Positions 1 to 10,314 of a stretch of DNA of 64,000 nucleotides are shown one piece after another. Below the pieces are notes generated by a model, which ran no database searches, was not told the origin of the DNA, and worked only from the letters and a program-made list of their open reading frames with translations. Position 1 is the stretch's first letter; each line of letters starts with the position of its first letter. Source of the DNA: Callorhinchus milii (Eukaryota); assembly GCF_018977255.1 (NCBI RefSeq), contig NW_024704743.1, forward strand, positions 70,186,001 to 70,250,000, read 5' to 3'. Both the position numbers and the translations under genes were made by a program.

Positions 1-816
1 ACATTTTATACTTTTTGCCATATACAATTCAACAAATTAAGACCCGTTTTGTTTTTAGACTTATCATCAGGAGTAGGCTGGCAAAGATCACAGGGATTAA
101 TTGCTTCAGAGTATAAAATGCAGGTTTCCTTTCTTCCTGCATATTCGGTAAAGAAACAATGATTAATCACTGTTTAACTATTCTCTAGAGGGATTTGAGA
201 GTTTGCCAAACCAGTTCACATTCTCATAAATCGAAAAGTTACATTTAGAATAGCTGCCAGTAAGAAAATACAACTTCAGTCATCGTTTAACAGATTACAA
301 CTTGTCAAAGCCCTAAACTCCAATTGGATAAGAATCGATCAGTCTAGAATATGGTACTTCTTGCACATGCCCTATTTGCAGATCAAGCTGCTAATTCAAA
401 TGTACTCTGTTGAATTCTGCCCACAAAGTTGTTCTCTAATACCAAGCAGATTTCTCTACCTAAAGCAAGACATATACTTATATTGCCGTTCAATTTCACA
501 TTTTGCCAGGTTTCAACAAATATTCTTCTTCTATATATTTCTGCTTGTTCATAGTTTTAAAGGGCTTTTTATGATTACAGAAAGAGGAGGCAAATATTCT
601 AGAGTTTCTCTTCCAATATAATTTCAGTGTTTAGAACTGTTCGAGATGATTGGTGCACATGTATTTCAGCTCAAGTGTAATTTGAAACTGGAGATTTTTA
701 ACGGCCTCAAAAAAAGCAAATATTCTATATTTTACTATATTTTCCATCCATAAGAATGCTTTTAAAACTCTTCTCTGTAAACACCTTGCTTGTGTACATG
801 AGTTCCCAATACTCAC

Positions 817-933
817 TAGGTCAGCAAAGGACCTGCAGCTGCCTTATCTGTGACAAGCTTACAACATCTGCTCAGTTGCATATCGCTACGTTCCATTTTC
901 CTAGGACTATTCATGCAGTGTAGCACAGGACTC
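817..933 (-). other. Candidate internal exon (117 nt) of an unidentified minus-strand transcript
   Basis: Minus strand: pyrimidine-rich acceptor tcttcctttgcttatccatattccctctag, donor CTA|gtgagtat. One frame is open (SPVLHCMNSPRKMERSDMQLSRCC...) but I do not recognise it. Confidence 0.35.
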
Positions 934-1293
934 CTAGAGGGAATATGGATAAGCAAAGGAAGACATCAAGTCTGTAAGTGTAACAGTGGTCTAATGCTAT
1001 TTATTATAATAGCTCAAAGACAACCTGTGCTCCATTTCTAATGGCAGTGCAGTACTTCAATTTACCTCAGTTAAAATAGTCTACCTTTATTAAGCTTTCT
1101 GCACTTGAATAAATTATTATAGCTTTAGGAAATCATAAGAGAAAAACTAATACTGTATACAAAAAAGTATCATTTTCTTACTCTAATGCTTTTCAGTTCC
1201 AATTTCATCTGTTGTGTGAACAAAAATGTTAAAATATTTAGTGACCTACACTTTAAATATAACATACTTGTCCTGGTCATCAATATTATAGAC

Positions 1294-1483
1294 CAGGGTG
1301 GTTTAATTGGTGGCCCGTGGGCCGCATTAGCCCAGGGGGTGATTTCATCCGGCCTACCCACACTCTTACTCCCTGGCGAACTATCCTCTTATGGCAGCGG
1401 CAGGAGCCAGCATTTCAGAGGGCACTGTTGGTAAAGAGAACCGGTTGCCTTCCCCTCAGCTCGAGAAACTTCCTGACACCCTG
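1294..1483. mobile_element. Old non-autonomous hAT (Charlie/MER58-like) MITE
   Basis: Terminal inverted CAGGGTG (1294-1300) and CACCCTG (1477-1483), subterminal GGCCCGTGGGCCGCA, and a left flank TTATAGAC resembling the Charlie target NTCTAGAN. The TSD is not matched on the right. Confidence 0.55.
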
Positions 1484-1534
1484 CATCAAGGGCGGCATTA
1501 TTTCCACTCCCACAGCTTTACCATAAAGCATTGC

Positions 1535-1705
1535 TGAACCAAAAGATATGAATTATTTTGAAAGGAAATTAGATGTTTGAAAACAAGTACGGGAGCAAGC
1601 AAGAGAATGGGATTTAACTAGGTGGACCACATGGAGAAAAATACCAGTTGGCAAATTGATTGGCTAAAAGATCCAATTCTGTGCTGTTAGTCTTTGATTC
1701 CAAGA
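1535..1705 (+). mobile_element. Decayed CR1 LINE 3' end
   Basis: Resembles the CR1 ends at 45612 and 55398 (aaaggaaattagat...ttctgtgctgt...gattc). Confidence 0.5.
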
Positions 1706-1756
1706 TAAGCAATACCTTTTTTTAAACCTGAAACCAAAATAGTTTTAAAAACTTAC

Positions 1757-1811
1757 CTAATATAGCTAGTTCAAAAATACCAGCTCGTTGTTTTATCAGA
1801 AATTGCAAAGT
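1757..1811 (-). other. Candidate internal exon (55 nt)
   Basis: Minus strand: acceptor cattattttcacag, consensus donor TAG|gtaagt. Confidence 0.4.
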
Positions 1812-2283
1812 CTGTGAAAATAATGGTGCTGCTTATTGTATTAGACATTCGTAGTGCCATTAACTTCAACGACTAATATAAAGTACTGAATTACAGATAA
1901 TAGTTAGGAATTTGGTGAGTATTCTGACGAGTTCCATAGCACCACAATAACCTTGTGACGATCAAGTTCTAGGTATAGAATTTTACATTCTTCCTCCCAA
2001 AATACCAGAAAATTTGGAGACTGTGTGTTTTCCTAGGAAACGCTCATTTTATGATGGGTCCCCTAATATAAAAGTGAAATATAGCATTCATTATAGTAAT
2101 ATAAACGTTCACAGAATTGGATACAGTGGTTATTGGCTAGCCATTATCATTGCACTCTTATTATTTAGAATGTCTTTCACACTGTCTTTGAGTAACATCC
2201 GAAGATCTGATCTAACTTCATAAAACTGCTCCATTCTGACACCATTATGCTTACAAATTAAATGTATATGGTATTATACTCAC

Positions 2284-2372
2284 CGATGTACTGTTTAAAC
2301 TTCAGTGTAAATCTGGCATTGAAGAAGAATTTCAATACCCCTTTTGTTTGCTTGAATTCAAGCACTGAAAAT
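2284..2372 (-). other. Candidate internal exon (89 nt)
   Basis: Minus strand: strong acceptor tcttttcattttgttttctattgcag, donor TCG|gtgagta. Only one frame is open (FSVLEFKQTKGVLKFFFNARFTLKFKQYI). Confidence 0.5.
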
Positions 2373-2449
2373 CTGCAATAGAAAACAAAATGAAAAGATA
2401 TTACAGACTCCCAAAAATATTAAAGGCTGATTGCAATGCATACTAATTT

Positions 2450-2625
2450 GAAGGAAAGCAAGAACTTTTCATAGTATCCTGGCCAGTGTACCTCTCATCC
2501 AAATTTGCCAAAACATGCCTATTTAGTGATAGTCAATTGCTGCTTGTGGGATATTGGCGGAACAGATTAGTTTCTGTATTTGTTTACAAAGCAGTTATTG
2601 CACTTCAATACAACTCATTGTGAAG
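2450..2625 (+). mobile_element. Degenerate Deu-SINE 3' half
   Basis: gtatcctggcca...gctgcttgtgggatattg...tgtgaag matches the SINE copies at 3827 and 31272. Confidence 0.5.
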
Positions 2626-3826
2626 TAGATGACCATAATGAATTAACAGAGAGAAGAATGAAGTTAACGAAAAAATTAATTTAACAATCAAAATTTTTTT
2701 TTCCATTTTCTTCCTTGATTTTTGTACACCCTCTTCAAAACAAGCCTGTGATCTAAATTTCCTTAAGTTTGCTTTTGGCCTTTTTTTAAATTAACTTTGT
2801 TTAACTTATGATGGTTCTTTAAACACAAAAAAGTTTCATGATGGCAAAAATAGCAAAATCATTCAAAAATAGTTTGAAAGCAAATCATTCATTTAATTCT
2901 ATTCCTAATGGACAAAACACTGTGAATATCCAATAACCACTAAAATTCTGCTCTTTATTCAAGCTAATATTCTGCCATGTAGTTTAGCAGCATTGACAAG
3001 TATTAGGTGAACATTAGCCCACCTAAAAAGTAACAAGACAAAGTTTTTAAGATTATTAAAGTAGTATGCTCAAAACAGAAATCTGAAAGCAGAAACACAA
3101 CAGTAGAAACCAATGAACTCAAGGTGCCACCAAATTCATTATTTAAGCCCTGTCAACTCAATTGAATGCAATTTAAATCTTCCCAGCTGGTAAAATGTAT
3201 TATTAATGTACAATTTTAATGACTGAAGTTCATGTAGTTTGTTGATACACAGTAAATACAGAAGGAGAAATAAATCAAACCAATCCTGGATATCCTCCGT
3301 TCTGCCCCTCAGAGCAATGTTCACATAACACAGGCCTGGAATTCTTCCCATCAATTATAGCTTTCAATTGTATACCCATGGCCTTGTGCTATAATCTAGA
3401 TCAAACTGATGTAACAAAAATAAAGAATGTTTTCTAAATCAAAAGTAAAAAGTTGTCAAAACTGGTGCTGTGTGAAAGAGCTACAAGGTGAAATTCCCCT
3501 TGCTGCTAAGTGTAGCGACTGACAATGTAGTCTTGGAATATTTTTATGAATACACACGTTTCTATACTTGGCAGCAAGAGAAATGTCTTGCACTTGATGT
3601 TTAAGTGCACAGTTGGTTCCTCGCTGAGTTGATGGCATGGCTTATTTCTTAATCTAGAACAAACTTATAACAAAATACAGATCCATGTTTTATTATTATA
3701 AAATATGGAAGAATAAAGGTAATGAAAGACTTTACTTTAGTATTTGTCAGGAATACATTTGTGTTGCTTGGTTTATCACAGTGGATGCCAATCAATAAAT
3801 AACATTGTTGCACCTACTCTACTCTA

Positions 3827-4240
3827 GGTATCACACTGGTTTAGTTGGTAGCCCTTTCGCCTCTAAGCGAGAAGTTTTGGATTCAAACCCCATGTTGGAA
3901 CCTTGAACTCATAGTTTAGGATGACATCCTAATTCAGAGCTGGGAGAGCACTGCATTTTCCGAGGTGCCATCTTTCAGATGAGACATTAAACTGAGGTCC
4001 CATCTGTTTGTTTAGGTGAACGTTAAAGATCCTATGATAATATTCAAAAAAAGAAGTTTCTCCCAGTATTCTAGCTAACAAAGCCTCATATAAAACTGAT
4101 AATTCACTTCATGTTTGTTTGTAGGACATTGCTGTGTGCAAACCATCTGCCACATTCACTTTCTAAATACACAGTCACTCCACTTCACAATAAGAGAGAT
4201 TGAGAGATTCTCCATGCACTATATCAAATGCAAGGATTAT
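3827..4240 (+). mobile_element. tRNA-derived Deu-domain SINE (SacSINE1/AmnSINE-type), near full length
   Basis: Pol III A/B-box-like head (tggtttagttgg; gattcaaaccc), Deu-type core gatgagacattaaactgaggtcc...ttaaagatcc, and L2-like tail ctatatcaaatgcaaggattat. Confidence 0.8.
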
Positions 4241-4689
4241 AAAAATCTTTTGACACAATTTCTTTCTCCAGCAGATGGTAATGTACACATTACTAATTAT
4301 TGAACATTTGTTCAATCTATCTGAAAAATTCTGCAATAGTTTCCTCTGACACTAGAAAATAGAACATTTCACCAATATTTCAATTGCAGTTACCACACAA
4401 ACTATCACATATTAAGAAAGACTACAATCACCATCACCTTATCATTGAAAACTAGGCTTTGGCTGGGGTCCTGCATTCTGATAAGTATAATGGTTACCTA
4501 TGGGTTTCTAGAAATTGTTTCTTTGGAAGGGAAACTAGGCATCATGATTTGAGCCTGGAACAGTCTGAATTTGAGTCTGAATTTGCCAGAACTCTGCTAC
4601 CCAAAGTGAATAGTACTCTTCCTTAGAATGTGCTCCAATCAACCACTCATCTAGATATGGTTGACACAAAATACATTCAGATACATATG

Positions 4690-5665
4690 CAATCTACATG
4701 CATGCAGATGACATGCAAATCTACTTCTCGGTCTCCAGCTGCAACTCCCAGTCCGCTGGTTCTATCAGCCTTGTCTGACAGAAATCAAGGCCTGGATGTG
4801 TTGTTGCAGCTGAACAAGACAGAAAACCATACTCTTTAGCATTCGTCAATGTTTTCTCTCCTGCAGTTCAGACCTCCTCACCCTACCCGATCTCTCCCAA
4901 AGACTCACTGAACCCTTGTGCAACTTTGGCGTCAGGTTCAGTCCCCAGCTTTCCTTTCTACACAACTTGTCCCTGGCCAGGACTGCTTTCCTCCACATTG
5001 CCTGCCTCTCTCCCTCCATACTTCACTCCGAAAGCTTCCAAAACCCTCGTCCACGCCTTCGTCACCTTCCGCTTCGACTATTCAAATGCCCTCCTCACCG
5101 GTCTCCCCTACTCCAATATTCATAAAATTCAACTAATTCAAAACTCTGCCACCCGCATTCTTACCCGCACTATAATAATCCTTGCAATTGATATAGCGCC
5201 TTATCACGACTTCGAGACTTCTCAAAGAGATTCACAGAATATATTATAAAGCGAATTTACTATATTTTGTGGGTGAAACGCAGCAGCCAATTACACACAG
5301 CAGTGTCCTACAAACAGTTGTCGATTGAAGTGACCAATTTTTTTTTGAGGAACTGTACCCCAAGTAAAGCAATCCGCCAATCAACTATCAACCGGGTTCC
5401 TACTTACTGCTAGATAAACAGAGGCAAGTGGAGCAGGAAACTTGGCCAATGTTTCGCCCTGCAAGGAATCAAACCAAGGTCTCTCGCTTATGAGTGCTCT
5501 AACCACTGAGCTACAGCACTCCATTAAACTCCGTACCTCCATTACCCTAGTCTTTGTCAAACTCCACTGGCTCCCTGTCACAGAGTGGATCGATTTCAAG
5601 ATCCTCATTCTTGTATTTAAATCCCTCACTCTCTGGAATCCCCCTATCTCTTCAACATGCTCTTG
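4690..5665 (+). mobile_element. L2 LINE ORF2 3' fragment, interrupted by a SINE at 5171-5522
   Basis: Peptides LVHAFVTFRFDYSNALLTGLP...IQNSATRILTRT before the SINE and LHWLPVTEWIDFKIL after it are typical of the L2 RT C-terminus. Confidence 0.85.
5171..5522 (-). mobile_element. tRNA-derived SINE, family 2 (non-Deu middle, shared L2-like tail)
   Basis: Minus-strand head gtagctcagtggttagagcac...ggtttgattcc, middle gcctctgtttatctagcagtaagtaggaacccgg, tail aggcgctatatcaattgcaaggattattat. Confidence 0.85.
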
Positions 5666-6614
5666 CTTTACACTAATCTCTTGAGGATATTTAAATTATA
5701 GATCAAAATCCCCTTATGAAGAAATGTAAGCAGGTTTTAATAAGCAAGTCTGATTTCTATCACCCTGACATAATTTTCAGATGAACAAATCCCCAAAAGC
5801 TAGAAAAAAATTGATTCTGTTTTCTAGTTCCATTGAGCTAAAAAAAAGAAATTATCAAGAATGTGCTACCTCATGTAATCCCTTGTTGTTAGACTTTCCA
5901 ACCTGCTGATCTGCTCTTCGGTGTTTTCAAAGTTATGTTTTATTCCTTTACAGAATCAGTTTTCTCTGGTTCCAACAACTGTTTGGCAAAGTGCAGAGTT
6001 AAATGAATCCAAAGCGAATCTGACTTGCCAAGTAGTAAGTAACACTTAAAACACTGCTCCAGAACTATCAAATATTTGGGCAATAATAAAAACTGTTCTC
6101 TCACATTTGGAAGTTCTTCATCCAATTGTGTTTAACGTTTCATGTTTGCCTGCTCAAAACATTTGAAACTCTTCATTTTTTGGAATAAACTGAATCCAAG
6201 AATATCACACTCTGCACAACAGCTATGATACTCAAGAGAGCTATTAAAATGAACAATCTTGAATTTATTAACTTTTCCTATCTGGATATTTTTCAACTAC
6301 TCCAACAGTAAAAATAACAGCAGACGGTACCTTCCTGTCACCATCTACGGCACGCCTGAGAACTAATAAAACACATCACACAATTGAAAAGTCGGATTCT
6401 ACTATTCTTCCTAGATTAGTACCATCTGCAAATTGAAACTAATTTGCACTGAGTGTGCAAATCCAGGTTAAGTATACTAGAAGCAGGAGAGTTCCCAGCC
6501 TGAACCCCCAGCCTTTCCACTCCCAACCCACCCCCATTTTGACTTAGCTGTCCTACGAACATATGAAAGATTCCTTAAGAAACTGAGCTCACCAGGTAGC
6601 AAGAGCAAAACATG

Positions 6615-7410
6615 AAAATTGATTCAGATTTAGCTGAAGGGAAAGAAGCAGGTAGTCATTGTTAGGGGTCTCTGATGACACCAAGTTTTTTTTTTGGGGG
6701 GGGGGCGGGGTCAATGACTGAAATCAGAGAAGGTAGTAAATGTCTTTCGGGAAGATGTTGTAATTGTCAAATTAAGTTTAATAGAAATAAATTTAAGGTA
6801 CTACATAAAGGATAATAGGAAAAATATGTTCTCCATAGATGGGTCAGAAATTGGCAAGGGGGAAGCTGAGAGAGGTCAAGGGTTGTTAATTGACTTCATT
6901 GTTCACCACGTCACAACAGTGCGAGGCAGCAATAAACAAGGCAAATAGGATTCTAGGGTATATTATCAAATCAATTCAGTTCCCCAGACATCACACTTAA
7001 GCTGCATAGTGCTTTGGTTACAACACACCTAGATACTACATACATGCTTGGTCACCACAACATAGAGGGGTTGCCCAGGGCCCAGAGGCAGGGCAGAGGA
7101 GCACTTCATAGAAGTATATAAAATTTTGAATAGCATTGAAAAAGTAAAACCAGATGTACCAAGACAGTAGAACAAGAGGACATGGGTTTAGAGTTGCAAA
7201 GGGAAATTCGAAGACAGACACCAGGGTTTCTTTAACCAGGGGATGATTAGCAATTACAACAGGTTACCAGGAGGATGGTTGAGACCAGAACCCTGGACTA
7301 ATTTGAAAAATAGCTTGTTGCTGTGATTGGAAGATGATAAGAGTTGGTATTCTGGGATGATGAAATCAAATAGGCCAAAGGGCCTTCTTCATCTAAACTA
7401 ATTTTGTGAT
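6615..7410 (+). mobile_element. Decayed CR1 LINE (RT C-terminus to 3' end)
   Basis: ctgatgacaccaag (ADDTK-like), cagtgcgaggcagcaataaacaaggcaaataggattctaggg (QC.AA..KANRILG), agaacaagaggacat (RTRGH). Confidence 0.75.
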
Positions 7411-7621
7411 TTTGTGAAAACTACCCTTTGTGTTTACCTTTATATGATTAGCAATCCAATTCTTATTTTAACTTTGGTACCCAAAGTGACATCAGTTTTC
7501 AAGGAATCTCTTGTCAAAGGCCTTTTGGAAATCTATATACAGCATGTCATATGGCTTCCACCTATCATATTGGGATATCACCTGATCAAAAGAATGTCTT
7601 GAGACCTGTTAAATAGTTGAA

Positions 7622-8190
7622 TTTTTTTTTCTGAGCCAGTTGTCTGACACATGCGGAAACCCATCACCATGCTTAAGAGTATCCAAATCAGGCTGAGATT
7701 ACCATGCATCCCAGCTGGAAATCCCAGGGATAGATTGTTGGGATGGAATTCTCACTCTCTTCCTGGAGGGGTGCATACTGCTTACCTTATTCCATCAAGT
7801 ATTAGACGCAGGTTGGGAAGAGCCATGGTTTGGGGACCCCAAAGTGTGCATTGGGATAATGCTGGAGTTTAACCATCTAAAACTGCATAGCTTGTCATTG
7901 ATATTGCTGTCATGTAAGCTTTCCCACTGCTTGTCCAACTAGGACCACCCTACCCATTGGGGCTTTATCTTGCAGGGTTAACAGGAGCAGAGTGGGATGA
8001 CTCCCTACCTCCACTGACTGATATTCCCTTCCAGGTCCTGCCAATGAGCTGTCATTAGCCGTGCCCTGGAATAATGCAGACCTGCCTGTCTCAAGAACTG
8101 AACTACTGAGACCACCGAGGGCTCAATTCCAACATTCCATTGTCAAATGTGTTACTTGGTGTCAGTTTAGCTCCAAGAAGAACCCACTTA
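7622..8190 (-). repeat. Unclassified interspersed repeat family A, copy 1
   Basis: Colinear similarity to 28526-29110 and 46630-47135, and inverted similarity to 9781-10248. Strand is assigned so that the A-run is at the 3' end. Confidence 0.8.
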
Positions 8191-9780
8191 ACCCTTGCTA
8201 AAGCTGTGTTAGTTATCATTTATTAAATATCCTCACTTGTACCCTGGAGTATTTTGTTAATTTTCAGCCCCTTCCACCTACAAAGAACCAGTACCTCGAC
8301 TACCCACAGGTAAAAGGGAATAAATGAACTACTATTGTTAAGCAGCTTTTTTCAAAAATACAAGATGTATTGCTTTGCTTTCAAAAGCAGCAAATTTATT
8401 CAAAGTTCACAATATACTTGTTAGAAAAATATTTTGGTCCCATCGCTGGTCAAAGCTTGAAGTTAAATATTTAATGTCACCTACAGCCAGTAACTATTCA
8501 GAGAAAGTGACAGAAAAACAATAAACTGTTCCCAGGATATTACACACTGTACTGCATGCCATAAGTGCAATTTTATATTTTTATACTAACAGAATCTCTC
8601 AAATGGATAACTACTGCTCCTACTAATTTACATTAGAAATGGAGTGAGGCATAAAAATCTGTCTAATGCATATAGCTACACTGCTTCAATTTATTCTATG
8701 CATGGGTATCTCCCAGGAGATCAGTTCAAGAGACATCCACAATGGAATCAAGCTGAACAATTTTAGACTGATATAAAACATGGCTGAAGCTTGGGTCAAG
8801 TTGAAGTAAACATCTGTGTTGTTATTGAACTACACAATTATTTTTCAAAAATATTATGCTGCAATAATACATTTGTAAATGAAAAGTAAAACATTTCCAG
8901 TGAATGTTTTCCAAAGGGTGCACTAAAGATACCAGAGCGAGCAACAGAAAGAACAGGATTTTGCCATTTTACCAGCTGAATCCTCCTCCTTCAGTTGGAA
9001 GAGGAAGTGAGCTAAAGGTACCTGGTTACAATAGATAGAAATTGTAACAGTAATTAGTCATAGTACCTTCAAAGCTAAAATGTTTGTAGTTGACGAAGAA
9101 AAGGCAGCCAATGAATAGACCGTGTGTTCAAACACAAGACCACTGATAAATAGCTCAATTATTAATGTCTTAAATTCTCTGCAGGAACTTCGCTGCAATG
9201 TGACCAGAGCGAGATTGTTGAAGAAGTATTTCCCTTGTTCAGCATAACACGCATCTAATTATCAATAGGCACTGCTATTTGTGACTTCCTGTCATATCAA
9301 GGTTTGGATCCAATGCAGACACAGCAGCTTTTGTAATGTGAACACTGCACCAATGAAACATAAAATGAACCAAATGTTTGAGAAGGATTTATGTGTTACA
9401 CCTGTTAACATTCTCTTTTTTTTATTAATGTTATTGATGCAGAATAACCTTGCTACAAATTAGTTCTTCGACTTGCTTATAGTTCTTCTCTAAGACCAGT
9501 TAGAAACTACAACTACAATCAATGGAATTGCACTTCAAATGCATTTATTCGGGCCATTGTTAAAGTTTGTATGTGATGAGCATTTTATTGTAGCTGGGTG
9601 ACAACACTCATAGATTTTTCTTATAATTTTCGGTAAAGAAATCACAAATGTTCAAACCAACCTGAAGCAGTTCCAACTGGCACATAATATCACCAGTTTC
9701 GAGAATTGGATCTAGATTCTATGATTTCCTAGGTAATTCTTATCATTTACAGATACTGCATGATAATTAAATCTCCTCCT

Positions 9781-10248
9781 GACAGCACAGCCAGACTGGA
9801 TTGTCAGCAGAATTTGGAAGGGCAGACCTTCACTGGGAGCAGGGACTCTTCCCATTCAGCTCCCATTAAGCCTACAAGACAAAACGCCTAAAGGTAGGGT
9901 GGTGTTAGTAGCGGAAAAGCTTCCCAGGGCAATGCTCTCAATGGCAAGTTATACAATCTTAGCTGGTTAAACTCCAGCAGTACCCCATTGCACATTCTGG
10001 GGTCCCAATCATTGGCTCTTGCCAACCTGTGCCTAATACTTTCCAGAATTAGGTAAGCAGAAAGTATCCCTCCAGGGAGACTGCACATTCCATTCCAATA
10101 AACATCTCTGGAATTTCCAAGTTTAGGTGGGATGTGTGGAACTCAGTTTGGTTTGGATATTCTTAAACATGATGATGTGTGAAGGGACCTATATAAATGC
10201 AAGTTGTTGTTATTGGGTTTCCGTTAGGCACTCGGCTGACAAAAAAAA
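9781..10248 (+). repeat. Family A copy 2 (5'-truncated, ends in ggctgac+A8)
   Basis: Reverse complement of copies 1, 4 and 5. Contains a 38 bp L2-like tail at 10177-10214. Confidence 0.8.
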
Positions 10249-10314
10249 TTAAGGTTTAGAATGATCTGATTGAGGTATTCAAAGTAAACAAAGGATCTGA
10301 CAAGCTGGATAGCC

